A stretch of 64,000 nucleotides of DNA, taken from positions 2,720,001 through 2,784,000 of the forward strand of contig OZ220744.1 in NCBI GenBank assembly GCA_965116925.1, written 5' to 3'. This DNA is from Candidatus Poribacteria bacterium (GTDB taxonomy: Bacteria; Poribacteria; WGA-4E; PCPOR2b). The notes beneath the pieces are model-generated. The model had not been told where the DNA came from and ran no database searches. It saw only the letters and a program-made list of their open reading frames with translations. Position numbers and translations under genes: made by a program. Positions 50,047 to 61,662 of this stretch are shown one piece after another (positions within the stretch are counted from its first letter, which is position 1; the number at the start of each line of letters is the position of its first letter).

Positions 50047-50178
50047 GATGCAAAACGGATCTAATTCACAAAAACATAAAACGTGATTGGTTCATTTATC
50101 ATGTTTTAGATTTCATTCATGGAATGCCGATAAAATCGGGGATGCAGGGCGTAACTTCTATCAATTTCGTTTTATACC

Positions 50179-50207
50179 TTGCATTGGGCGACGTAATATG
50201 TTAAAAT
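50179..50207 (+). promoter_or_regulatory. Putative sigma70 promoter for XRE-ImmA
   Basis: TTGCAT-17 nt-TAAAAT. Confidence 0.5.
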
Positions 50208-50292
50208 GTGAATCACAATCGTTAGAAGGTGCAATAAACACGCTTTTCTGCGATCGTACACCGTTTTTTACCCTAACCCCATAAGGAGGTAT

Positions 50293-50637
50293 GTGATTAT
50301 GTCTGTTTCAGTACGTATTAAGGAACGTCGTGATAAACTCGGAATGACACAAACACAACTCGCCAAATCGGCGAAGTTGACTCCCGCAGCGATTTCACAG
50401 TTTGAGTCCGGTGCCCGGAAACCGGCATTCGACACACTTTCGAGCCTTGCCGATGCGTTAAAAGTTACCACAGATTACCTGCTCGGCAAAAAGGCGCACG
50501 ACTACGACGACCTTCTGGCGGATCCGAAGGTTAGTGTTATGTTTAGAGGTATCATGGACCTTTCTGAGGAAGATAAGGAGACGCTGATCGAGTTCTACCA
50601 ATTTCTTAAAGATAAAAACGGCAAAAACACGCAGTAA
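50293..50637 (+). CDS. XRE-family HTH regulator
   Basis: RIKERR..LGMTQ.QLA....ISQFESG.R.P....LADAL.V..DYLLG; RBS AAGGAGG. Confidence 0.93.
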   Translation: MIMSVSVRIKERRDKLGMTQTQLAKSAKLTPAAISQFESGARKPAFDTLSSLADALKVTTDYLLGKKAHDYDDLLADPKVSVMFRGIMDLSEEDKETLIEFYQFLKDKNGKNTQ

Positions 50638-50665
50638 CACAATTTGATGGATCTGCTGCTTTGAC

Positions 50666-51553
50666 ATGAACCAGAGATCGTCCCAAAAACATCAGATTGC
50701 AGAACAGGTGTCCTCCAAACCCGCTCTAGAACCTGCCGAGGGTGCGCGACAGTTGTTGCGTGAACTAAATGTTCAGGACATCCCGATTCAACCGCGAAAT
50801 ATTGCAGAACAGTTGCAAATCGTCGTCTGGGAACGGGAGATGGAAAGCCAGTACGATGGCTGCTTAATGCGGGTTGGCGATACGTGGGGCATTCTGCTCA
50901 ACAATCTGATTCAATCAGAGTCCCGAAAGAACTTTACAATCGCTCACGAACTGGGGCATTACTACTTGGATGGGGGACAAACTGAGAGGCAAAATTTCGC
51001 TACAGATGCAAAGAACAGAGCGGCGGAATTTGCCCCTCAGCACCGTTGTCAGCGCGAAGATTTGCGTGGATTTGATTCGCACCAATTGGAAGAGCAACGT
51101 GCCAATCAGTTCGCAGTTGAGCTGCTGATGCCCTCTCCCATTTTTCGAGCGGACGCTACCGATCTGCCTAAAATCGGGTTGACGGCGATTGATACCCTCA
51201 CTGCCAAATATTCTACCTCTTTGACCAGCACGGCTATTCGCTACACACGCTTGAGTCCGCATGTTTGTGCGATTGTGCTGTCTGAGCGGGGGCAGATTAA
51301 ATACTTTGCTTATTCAGATGGCTTTCGTCAGAATAGTGATTGCTATCTCGCGAAAAATAAGCCCCTCCATCCCGACTCGGTCGCAGCCCTGCTTGACAAA
51401 GGTAAATCGAAAGAGGTGAAAGAACACCAGCGGAAAGTTCCGTTGTCCCATTGGTGTTCGACGCAATCGGATCAACCCCTCGTCGAGCAATCCCGCCGAT
51501 TGCCCCGCATGAATCAGGTGCTCTCGTTTCTTTGGTTGCCGGACGGGGCGTGA
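50666..51553 (+). CDS. ImmA/IrrE-family Zn metallopeptidase
   Basis: R.NFTIAHELGH (HEXXH) and E.RANQFA.ELLMP, plus a C-terminal extension. Confidence 0.92.
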   Translation: MNQRSSQKHQIAEQVSSKPALEPAEGARQLLRELNVQDIPIQPRNIAEQLQIVVWEREMESQYDGCLMRVGDTWGILLNNLIQSESRKNFTIAHELGHYYLDGGQTERQNFATDAKNRAAEFAPQHRCQREDLRGFDSHQLEEQRANQFAVELLMPSPIFRADATDLPKIGLTAIDTLTAKYSTSLTSTAIRYTRLSPHVCAIVLSERGQIKYFAYSDGFRQNSDCYLAKNKPLHPDSVAALLDKGKSKEVKEHQRKVPLSHWCSTQSDQPLVEQSRRLPRMNQVLSFLWLPDGA

Positions 51554-51661
51554 AACGTGAATAATCGCCTGCCTGTAGGTCGAGTTTCTGTACTCGACAT
51601 CGACTCAGTTAGTTCATTAGTTCATTGATGATAGAGCCCATCAGAAAACTTAACGGGGCAC

Positions 51662-51691
51662 AAAAAAGGGGTGCATCCGAAGATACACCCC
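51662..51691 (-). terminator. Intrinsic terminator
   Basis: GGGGTGTATC-TTCG-GATGCACCCC-TTTTTT on the minus strand, after 51713..53044. Confidence 0.8.
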
Positions 51692-51712
51692 TAGTCTATG
51701 AAGCATTTGCTC

Positions 51713-53044
51713 CTATTGTTCCGCTTCCCCGCCATCAGGCGTGTCGCGGGAAGGAGGCGTCCCGCTTGCAGGACGGTCGGGAGGGTGCGGCTCAAATTGC
51801 CGAGCCGCGTCAGGATCAGACTCCCGCAGACGACGAAGCCCCTCCTCTGTGCCGTATTGGTCTATCAACCGTTGCGCCTTATCAGCAGGATTAGTTGATA
51901 GTCCTTCAATCAAATCCGATCCAATCCCCTGTGGTGTCAACTGTTTTTCGAGATCTGCTACACTTTGAGGGGATATAGGCTTGACTATATCGGGAAGATC
52001 TGATGGAGAGACAGGAACATCAGAGCGAACCGGGGCACCATTGGCATTTTCATTGATGCTTCCCTCAGAAAAAGGGTCTGTTGCTGAATAGTCCCCACCG
52101 AATTCTGTTTCGCTACTTCCTGACGGGAGGGTGCCCTCTAATTTTCGCATCCACCCCGGTAGTGCGTCTTCAGCGATATCAGACAGCAACCGCACCTTCA
52201 CCGGCGGTTTATCAGACTGCCCCGGTTTGGCAAAAGAGTTTAATATACGTCCTCTTTCCTTCATTGCCAGATTGTTGTCGACATTCTCTTTTGCTCTTGC
52301 CGATAACGACACATCAATTTCGCCCTTTGCTATCTTTGCCTCAATCTCCGCCATCGAGATCTTTAATTGTTTACTGAGCCAGACCTTTTTTATGAACTCT
52401 TGACGTTCATAGGGATCTTTTATCGCATAGTATTCATCGGGTATCGGTTCGCCTGCTACCTCAACACGCGCTGGGTGCTGGTCCTGCTCAAATGCTTCTA
52501 AAATCGGCGGGTCCAACTCTGACGGTAATATCGCGTCCCCTTCCTCGTACTGCCTGTCGTGCGGGACAATCACGTTATGCAGTTGACCGTCAGGAGTTAC
52601 GATTCGCTGGACAACCTGACCTTTATAGGGCGAGTTCTCAGCGAGCCTTTTTAGATGTTTCTTGACATAAGGGTTTTTTTTACCCGTTATCTCCCACGCT
52701 TGCAGTTCTATATCCTCACGATCAAAAGGCACAGGTGTATAGATATACGTCCCAGCTACCATATAGACATACTCATCGCCCCGTTTCCCCTTGTAATAGG
52801 GGTTCGTGGTATCCGCCGTTGTGCTTGGGTCTGGATTTCCGCCCCCATGGGTATGCCCTTCGGTTAGATGGTCATGCCCATCTGTTTCTGTATGTTTAAC
52901 AGAACGATTAAACGCCTGAGTGGACGATATAAAATGCTCGAATGCAACATGCTTCTGGTATTCTCTATAACCGATGTAGCAGACCAACAGTAACGCAATC
53001 AGACCCACCACAACGAGATAAGGAGTAAAACGGTAATTCAACAT
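51713..53044 (-). CDS. Hypothetical N-terminally membrane-anchored protein
   Basis: 443 aa; single N-terminal TM, His-rich linker, low-complexity tail; GAGGAGG RBS. Confidence 0.75.
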   Translation of the reverse strand: MLNYRFTPYLVVVGLIALLLVCYIGYREYQKHVAFEHFISSTQAFNRSVKHTETDGHDHLTEGHTHGGGNPDPSTTADTTNPYYKGKRGDEYVYMVAGTYIYTPVPFDREDIELQAWEITGKKNPYVKKHLKRLAENSPYKGQVVQRIVTPDGQLHNVIVPHDRQYEEGDAILPSELDPPILEAFEQDQHPARVEVAGEPIPDEYYAIKDPYERQEFIKKVWLSKQLKISMAEIEAKIAKGEIDVSLSARAKENVDNNLAMKERGRILNSFAKPGQSDKPPVKVRLLSDIAEDALPGWMRKLEGTLPSGSSETEFGGDYSATDPFSEGSINENANGAPVRSDVPVSPSDLPDIVKPISPQSVADLEKQLTPQGIGSDLIEGLSTNPADKAQRLIDQYGTEEGLRRLRESDPDAARQFEPHPPDRPASGTPPSRDTPDGGEAEQ

Positions 53045-53122
53045 AGTAAAAACCTCCTCAATAGTTATGAGTCAGGACGAGGTTAACCGCCTGCCCCAAC
53101 CCACACGCTCATACGGATTCAC

Positions 53123-53497
53123 CTAACCTCCGCAGCTTGAATTGGAACACGTTACCGAATCAATGCGCCAATAATACCGCCCCCATTTTATACTATTCCA
53201 ATGGAAGTGTGTTAACTCACCAGTTATTAAGTGATAGGTGTTTGTTACATTCCAGCACTCCTCTCTGACGCGGGTTCGATGGATTGTGGTCGAACTTCCA
53301 CAATACGAGCAAGTGCCACTGATCGTATCCGATGACATATCTTTCCACTTGTATTTGTGACCAGACTCACTATACTCTAACCACCCTTGGTCAGCCTCAG
53401 CTCTCTCAGGTTGAAAACCAGCATATATCCCCAAACCAACTACCAATACCCCAACAATCAACAACGAAACTTTCAACTGTCCTTTTGCTGCAAACAT
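53123..53497 (-). CDS. 124-aa secreted Cys-containing protein
   Basis: Signal peptide ending AEA; CSYC and CSNSSC; RBS GGGAG. Confidence 0.7.
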   Translation of the reverse strand: MFAAKGQLKVSLLIVGVLVVGLGIYAGFQPERAEADQGWLEYSESGHKYKWKDMSSDTISGTCSYCGSSTTIHRTRVREECWNVTNTYHLITGELTHFHWNSIKWGRYYWRIDSVTCSNSSCGG

Positions 53498-53529
53498 GGT
53501 AAATCTCCCTATTACCATAGTTCCGGCCA

Positions 53530-53578
53530 AAAACAAAAAGGGGCTGCGCCCTCAAATCGCGCAGCCCCTTTTTGTTTT
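53530..53578 (-). terminator. Leader (attenuator) terminator upstream of 53497
   Basis: 20-bp perfect inverted repeat including the U-tract, 33 nt before the ATG. Confidence 0.85.
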
Positions 53579-53649
53579 AAGTTGAAACTAATAGTTTAAT
53601 AAGGGTATACTATAAACAATTGTTAGGTGTTCATCCTAACAATGGCGAA

Positions 53650-53720
53650 GCGACTCGAGGTCGTGTCTCGTTTTGCTTCAGGGGGCTTCGAGCTGGACCT
53701 CGGAGCTCCCACAACTACCC
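53650..53720 (-). ncRNA. Candidate cis-regulatory RNA motif, copy A
   Basis: GGG..GAGCT-loop-AGCTC..CCC-TGAAGC..CGAG-loop-CTCGAGTCGC; homologous to copies B and C. Confidence 0.65.
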
Positions 53721-53749
53721 ATTCTATACCATCTTGAAAAATCTGTCAA
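53721..53749 (-). promoter_or_regulatory. Sigma70 promoter directly upstream of RNA motif copy A
   Basis: TTGACA-17 nt-TAGAAT on the minus strand. Confidence 0.72.
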
Positions 53750-53785
53750 CACTTTTTTTCTTAAAATCAACAATTTGCTGAGATT

Positions 53786-55051
53786 ATGGCAAAACCTTTT
53801 CGCGTTGCCGCTATCGTAACCACCTTTTTTCCGAACAGTCATGCCGGGGTGATAGTTCCCAAATTCCTGCGTGGCTTTCCCACCGACGATGGACTGATTG
53901 CGCCGCGTACCCAGCTCGCGTCACTCTTCATTGACCAGATCCATCAAAATGATGTTGGGCGGCAGATCGCTCACGAATACGATATCCCCATCTACGAGAG
54001 CATTCGTGCCGCGCTCACGCTCGGCGGCGATAGTCTGGCTGTGGATGCGGTGCTGCTCATCGGTGAGCACGGGGACTACCCACGCTCTGTACTGGGTCAG
54101 GAGATGCTGCCGCGGCGATATTTCTTTGAGCAGATCTGCGGCGTTATTGCGGAGTCGGATCGCCCCATTCCTATCTACAACGACAAGCATCTGTCCTACC
54201 GTTGGGATGATGCTCACTGGATGTACACAACCGCCACGCAGCTGGACATACCGCTCTGGGCGGGATCGGCGTTGCCGGTGGGTTGGCGGTGCCCGAACTT
54301 TGAGCATCCGTTGGGCGCACCAATCGAGGAAGCGTTGTCCATCGGGTTTCACATGATTGAACGGTACGGTTTTCATGCGCTGGAAAGCCTACAGTGTCAG
54401 GTGGAACGGCGACAGGGAGGCGAAACGGGTGTCTGTGCGGTGCAATGTTTGTCCGGTGATGCGGTTTGGCGCGCTGCCGATGAGGGACGATGGTCGTTTG
54501 AACTTGCTAACCATGCCCTCGGTACGATTGAAGACGGGCCCAAATCCCTCGATCCGTCGCAGGTCGAAGATCCACACGTCTTCTTGATTGAGTATAGCGA
54601 TGGGTTGAAAGGTGCGGCGTTGATGCTTGGCGATAACGGCTATGTGCGGAAGTTCGCCTACGCAGCCAAGCGTGGAGAAGTCATTGATGCAATGGAATAC
54701 CACACCGATTCGGGGGCGACCCATGCGGTTTTCAGCTATATGGGGCTGAATATTGAGGACTTCTTCCTGAGCGGTGTCCCGCCCAGTCCGGTTGAGCGAA
54801 CCTATCTGACGACTGGCATCTTGGAGGCGGTGATGCGCTCCCACGGCAGCGGTGGCTCACAGATCGAAACCCCGCACTTGGCTATAGGTTATACGGCTAC
54901 TGAATCCCAACTTCGACGACCCACTAGCACTCGCCCAACCGGTGCGTCCCTTTCGGCGTGGGAGATGCCGGAGCCGGGTGCCACTCCCGCTGCGGATTTG
55001 ATTCCTATCGGGCGCGATGGGACAATTCGGGGGCGTCGGCGTTTCAACTAG
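53786..55051 (+). CDS. Hypothetical protein, Gfo/Idh/MocA oxidoreductase-like
   Basis: AVDAVLLIGEHGDYP, NDKHL, AGS.LP and YGFHALE motifs. Confidence 0.6.
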   Translation: MAKPFRVAAIVTTFFPNSHAGVIVPKFLRGFPTDDGLIAPRTQLASLFIDQIHQNDVGRQIAHEYDIPIYESIRAALTLGGDSLAVDAVLLIGEHGDYPRSVLGQEMLPRRYFFEQICGVIAESDRPIPIYNDKHLSYRWDDAHWMYTTATQLDIPLWAGSALPVGWRCPNFEHPLGAPIEEALSIGFHMIERYGFHALESLQCQVERRQGGETGVCAVQCLSGDAVWRAADEGRWSFELANHALGTIEDGPKSLDPSQVEDPHVFLIEYSDGLKGAALMLGDNGYVRKFAYAAKRGEVIDAMEYHTDSGATHAVFSYMGLNIEDFFLSGVPPSPVERTYLTTGILEAVMRSHGSGGSQIETPHLAIGYTATESQLRRPTSTRPTGASLSAWEMPEPGATPAADLIPIGRDGTIRGRRRFN

Positions 55052-55224
55052 GTTCTGTTGACATTTTATATTGATGCACCTACAACAGTATTTTGGGCAG
55101 GCACAAGCCCCCGATGAATCGGGATTAAGAAACCTGCCCCTACATTACATCGAATGACCCGAGCCAGCCCCGTCCACACTTTCTGATTGTATATTCGAGC
55201 GTTTCTGCTATTTATACACTCGAA

Positions 55225-55284
55225 GCGATTCGAGGACCCGCTCGGATCGTTTCACGGGGTCGGGAGGTGTCAGCTCCCAACCCC
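55225..55284 (-). ncRNA. Candidate RNA motif, copy C (orphan)
   Basis: GGGGTTGGGAG-CTGACAC-CTCCCGACCCC-GTGAAACGATCCGAG-CGGGTC-CTCGAATCGC. Confidence 0.6.
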
Positions 55285-55294
55285 ACCATTTTTT

Positions 55295-56002
55295 TCAAGG
55301 TTCAGCCCACCCGTTTTCACGTAACATCTCCAACAACAGGGTATAGCCCTGATCCTTCAATTCAGGGTTTTGGGCATACAACACTTGCACCGCTGGCGGC
55401 GCAGCATTGCCCATCTGCGATTTGACTTCTGCTAAAAAATCACGCTGATCCTCTGCAGATAACGTATTGAGATGATCGACAATCATCGGGATCGCTTGAT
55501 TCATCGTCTGCAGCACTCGCTTGCGGACCACCGCTGCATCTTCGAGCGCTGCTTCCGTTTTGGCTGCCATTTCCTCTAGCTCCGCAAGGGATTGCTCAAA
55601 AGCAGCCGTATCGGCTGCAGTAGACGCCGAAACCGATGCTTTGTCGGGTTCAACTTCGCTCACAATTGGATCTAACAAGCCATCCGTATCCGATACGAGT
55701 GGATCCACCGCTTCATCAATTGGACGATGCGAAACGCTATCCGTCGATTCGACCGGTGGCGTCGTGCGCTCGTTCAGGATTGCCCGCCGTTCCGATGGAT
55801 CCGGTAGCAGATAGACCCGCTCCGACTCGACCGACTTCGACGGGCGCACATAAGCGAAATATACCACCCACGAAATGATCAGCGTCAAAACTACGACAAT
55901 CCCTAACCCGATGAACAGTGGCGACCGAAGCTCTTTCAGATACTCCCGCCACGATCGCCAGCCCTTGCCTGTCCGATCTCGCCAGTCGTAAAAAATCGGC
56001 AT
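55295..56002 (-). CDS. Hypothetical single-TM protein with helical C-terminal domain
   Basis: 235 aa; TM near residues 29-51; RBS AAGGAGG. Confidence 0.72.
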   Translation of the reverse strand: MPIFYDWRDRTGKGWRSWREYLKELRSPLFIGLGIVVVLTLIISWVVYFAYVRPSKSVESERVYLLPDPSERRAILNERTTPPVESTDSVSHRPIDEAVDPLVSDTDGLLDPIVSEVEPDKASVSASTAADTAAFEQSLAELEEMAAKTEAALEDAAVVRKRVLQTMNQAIPMIVDHLNTLSAEDQRDFLAEVKSQMGNAAPPAVQVLYAQNPELKDQGYTLLLEMLRENGWAEP

Positions 56003-56020
56003 TTGAAACCTCCTTTAAGA

Positions 56021-56395
56021 CTATCCTGCACCCTGACGCTGCATGCACTCCCAATACTCCTGATCAGCGACAATGGCTTGAAGCATCGCCGCAGCCAAAG
56101 CCGCCTCCGCAGCCAAAAGAAAACCGAACGCAACCGCAATCGCAATCGGGTTTGCAGACGCGATCGCGGCAACTAAAGCGCCCTCCGCAGCAATGACCGC
56201 GACCAGTGCGGCTGCCTGCCATGCGAGCGCTACATTCAACGCATTGCGCTCCGATTGACAGACCTGTGCGATCGCTTCGACTGCCAAAAACGCCATAACA
56301 CATAACAGAATAACGCTGATTAACCGTAACAGGTTCCGATTCAACCTAAACGTAGGGACAGTGATTTGTGGTACGGGTAAAGCAAACGCAAACAT
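56021..56395 (-). CDS. 124-aa secreted Ala-rich hydrophobic hairpin protein
   Basis: Signal peptide ending AIA. Mature part has two long hydrophobic helices bracketed by two Cys. RBS GGGAG. Confidence 0.7.
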   Translation of the reverse strand: MFAFALPVPQITVPTFRLNRNLLRLISVILLCVMAFLAVEAIAQVCQSERNALNVALAWQAAALVAVIAAEGALVAAIASANPIAIAVAFGFLLAAEAALAAAMLQAIVADQEYWECMQRQGAG

Positions 56396-56431
56396 AACAA
56401 AATCTCCCAACCGCCACCGGAAGCCACAAAC

Positions 56432-56466
56432 AAAAAAAGGCTGCGTCGTCACGAATCGCGCAGCCC
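56432..56466 (-). terminator. Leader (attenuator) terminator upstream of 56395
   Basis: GGCTGCG...CGCAGCC-TTTTTTT on the minus strand. Confidence 0.8.
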
Positions 56467-56545
56467 TAAGAAGTTTGTTGCCAAGCCAGTTGGCGTGATA
56501 GGTTGTGGGTTGACCGTCGGCATATTTTCCGACGACCGAAATTGG

Positions 56546-56608
56546 GCGATTCGAGGATCTGCTCGGGTTGCTTCAGGGAGGTGCGGAGGTATCAGCTCCA
56601 AGTCTCCC
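56546..56608 (-). ncRNA. Candidate cis-regulatory RNA motif, copy B
   Basis: GGGAGACTTGGAG-CTGATAC-CTCCGCACCTCCC-TGAAGCAACCCGAG-CAGATC-CTCGAATCGC. Confidence 0.65.
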
Positions 56609-56622
56609 ACTTTATCTAAGGC

Positions 56623-56637
56623 GCAATTGACATGCCA
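56623..56637 (-). promoter_or_regulatory. Sigma54 promoter upstream of RNA motif copy B
   Basis: TGGCAT-GTCAA-TTGC; the expected start site (~56611) coincides with the motif's 5' end. Confidence 0.7.
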
Positions 56638-56725
56638 AAAGTGACAATAATCGCACAAAGCCAGTCACCATCGAGCTTTCAACGCGAAATGTTAAAAAAG
56701 TCGTTGAAGTGATTAACCCAATTAT

Positions 56726-56773
56726 TAGCAACAGTTGCTAAGCAATAGTTGCTAACGTTAGCAACAGTTGCCA
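56726..56773. promoter_or_regulatory. Three tandem palindromes AGCAAYAGTTGCY, candidate enhancer-binding sites
   Basis: TAGCAACAGTTGCTA at 56726, AGCAATAGTTGCTA at 56741, TAGCAACAGTTGCCA at 56759. Confidence 0.65.
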
Positions 56774-57068
56774 ACCTTCTCGCAGACACCAACAGACTTA
56801 AAAAGCTGCGCGAAGTACACGGAGCATTTTATTATGACTTATCCCGACAAAAAGATAGGGAGTTATTAAAGTATTTTAACCAACTCAAACCAGAAACAGT
56901 CAAAGGCAAGCGTTTCGTGAACACAAAAAAGCGGTATCATGCCAGGGAATGAAACGACGCTTTAACATCTGATTCACCTCCTTGAGGGAGGTTTTCAGCA
57001 GGAGCGAATTCAGGAGTAGTGGGAGCGTAGGTGGGTTCCACACTCCCACTGACCCTACTTTGCGAAGA

Positions 57069-60018
<2,950 letters not shown>

Positions 60019-60237
60019 TTTATAGTGAATTCAAAAAATAAAGAAACAGTTGCGCCACCCGGTAGGTGCGGTTTGTAACCGCACCGCATCGGCGCAGTTA
60101 GAAACAGCGCCTACCAAACAGAAGAACGGTCGTTTCATTTTCCTAACCGCACCGGTTTGGCGTGTCCCATTAATTCTAAAATCTACTATAATCACCGAAT
60201 ATGTTAGATGTCAGGATTCGGAGATCCCTCCTACAGT

Positions 60238-60681
60238 TTATTCAAGAGGTCTTTTCATCTGAAAATGTGTTGCGTTTTCATCGACGATTGTGAATCCTAG
60301 TCTTTGGTAGAAGGCGGTAGCACGGGTGTTAATTTTTAGCACCTGAAGCGTCACAGGTTTTTGTTCACGGTTGGCATCCTCGATAATGCGCTTCATGCAC
60401 GCCGCCCCGATTCCTTTGCCTTGGTGCTCAGGCAGGATATAGAGTTGGTCAACCTTGAACGTGTCAGGGGTGTTCCGCGTTGACAAGAAACCGACGTCAG
60501 TGCCGTGCAACTGGATGATGCGAATCCCCTGTGAATCGAACCGCCTATTGTGCAGATCTCTTTGATAGGTGTCATCCCAGCCCCAGATCTGCTCCACATA
60601 TTCTCGGAACGCTGCTTTCTTAACGGCAAAAACAAATTCGCGGTCAGTTGCCTCTGCCTTGCGAATGCTCAACGCTTCCAT
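60238..60681 (-). CDS. GNAT acetyltransferase
   Basis: PEHQGKGIG and N.RA.AFYQRLGF. Confidence 0.9.
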   Translation of the reverse strand: MEALSIRKAEATDREFVFAVKKAAFREYVEQIWGWDDTYQRDLHNRRFDSQGIRIIQLHGTDVGFLSTRNTPDTFKVDQLYILPEHQGKGIGAACMKRIIEDANREQKPVTLQVLKINTRATAFYQRLGFTIVDENATHFQMKRPLE

Positions 60682-60690
60682 CCAAGACCT

Positions 60691-61122
60691 CTATGTTCCC
60701 CCGCAGGGAAATTTATGCAAGCCATCGGGGATCTTAGACCATGGGACTGCCATTTCGGTCCAGATTTCTCGTGTGGGTCGTAGATCCTCAGAATTGTCTA
60801 GGGTGCCCGCCTTGATGAACACCAAGTCGGGGTAACGTGTAAACAATTGCGAACCACATTCCGGGCAGAATTCACGACTCTTTGTGAGGCCCTCATCATT
60901 CGTAGATTCGTATCCCTTAGTTTTACCGCTCAGTCGAAACGTGCTCGTTGGCACCCTAACTCCGACGTTGAACGCGCTGCCTGTGACTCGACGACAGTCA
61001 TCACAGTGGCAATAGGTCACAGACAGGGGTTCCGATTCGCTTGTATAGCTGACCGCCCCACAAAGACATCGACCTGTTAACGGCATTGGCAGCCTACCTT
61101 TCCAGATAGTTGGGTGCATCAA
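60691..61122 (-). CDS. GFA (glutathione-dependent formaldehyde-activating/CENP-V) family protein
   Basis: GRCLCG, CHCDDCRR and FCPECGS Zn motifs. The true start may be the downstream MPLTG. Confidence 0.9.
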   Translation of the reverse strand: MMHPTIWKGRLPMPLTGRCLCGAVSYTSESEPLSVTYCHCDDCRRVTGSAFNVGVRVPTSTFRLSGKTKGYESTNDEGLTKSREFCPECGSQLFTRYPDLVFIKAGTLDNSEDLRPTREIWTEMAVPWSKIPDGLHKFPCGGT

Positions 61123-61142
61123 TTCAAAAGGTTGAACCTATA

Positions 61143-61559
61143 TCAACTTCGTTCGGTCGCACACGTCGGACACAAGCCGTACAACTCTAGTTTGTATCCC
61201 TTCACTTCAAATCCCCGCGCTTTGAACTGCTGCGTATTAAGCGGTTCGGAGAGCGGTGCGTCAACATCAAGTAACCGATCACAACCTGTACAGATCAGGT
61301 GGTGATGGTCTGTGAGGTTTGCGTCAAAGCGCGCATATTCGCCATGCTCCACCTTCCGAATCAGACCGAGTTCGACCAACACGCTTAATCCCCGATAGAC
61401 AGTGCCCAAGCTGATGTGTGGCAGACGAACCTTTACCGCATCATAAACCTCTTTCGCGCTTGGGTGGTGTTGCTGCTCTCGCACCTCTTCAAGGATAATC
61501 TGGCGTTGACGGGTAAATCGATAGCCTTCTTGCCTGAGCCCTTCGCTTAACTCTTTCAT
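61143..61559 (-). CDS. Fur-family regulator (PerR-like)
   Basis: TRQR, HPSA, SLGTVYR, HHHLIC..C and C..C motifs; katG lies downstream. Confidence 0.92.
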   Translation of the reverse strand: MKELSEGLRQEGYRFTRQRQIILEEVREQQHHPSAKEVYDAVKVRLPHISLGTVYRGLSVLVELGLIRKVEHGEYARFDANLTDHHHLICTGCDRLLDVDAPLSEPLNTQQFKARGFEVKGYKLELYGLCPTCATERS

Positions 61560-61662
61560 ATTGACCCGCTTAGTTCATTGGTTCACTAGTTCATTGAACT
61601 GATGAACGATATACATTGCGTGCTTCATACAGCAGTTACGGCATACGGAATATACTTGCCAT

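Noticed and set aside
50293..51553. Prophage or ICE immunity region
   Set aside because: No integrase, phage structural or conjugation genes and no att-like repeats seen.
53650..53720. Assignment of the leader to TPP, SAM-I, c-di-GMP, c-di-AMP, cobalamin or ANTAR classes
   Set aside because: The diagnostic conserved nucleotides I remember for these classes are not present; an Rfam search is still needed.
56749..56952. 67-aa plus-strand ORF
   Set aside because: Starts inside the palindrome array without an RBS; possibly a gene remnant but unsupported.
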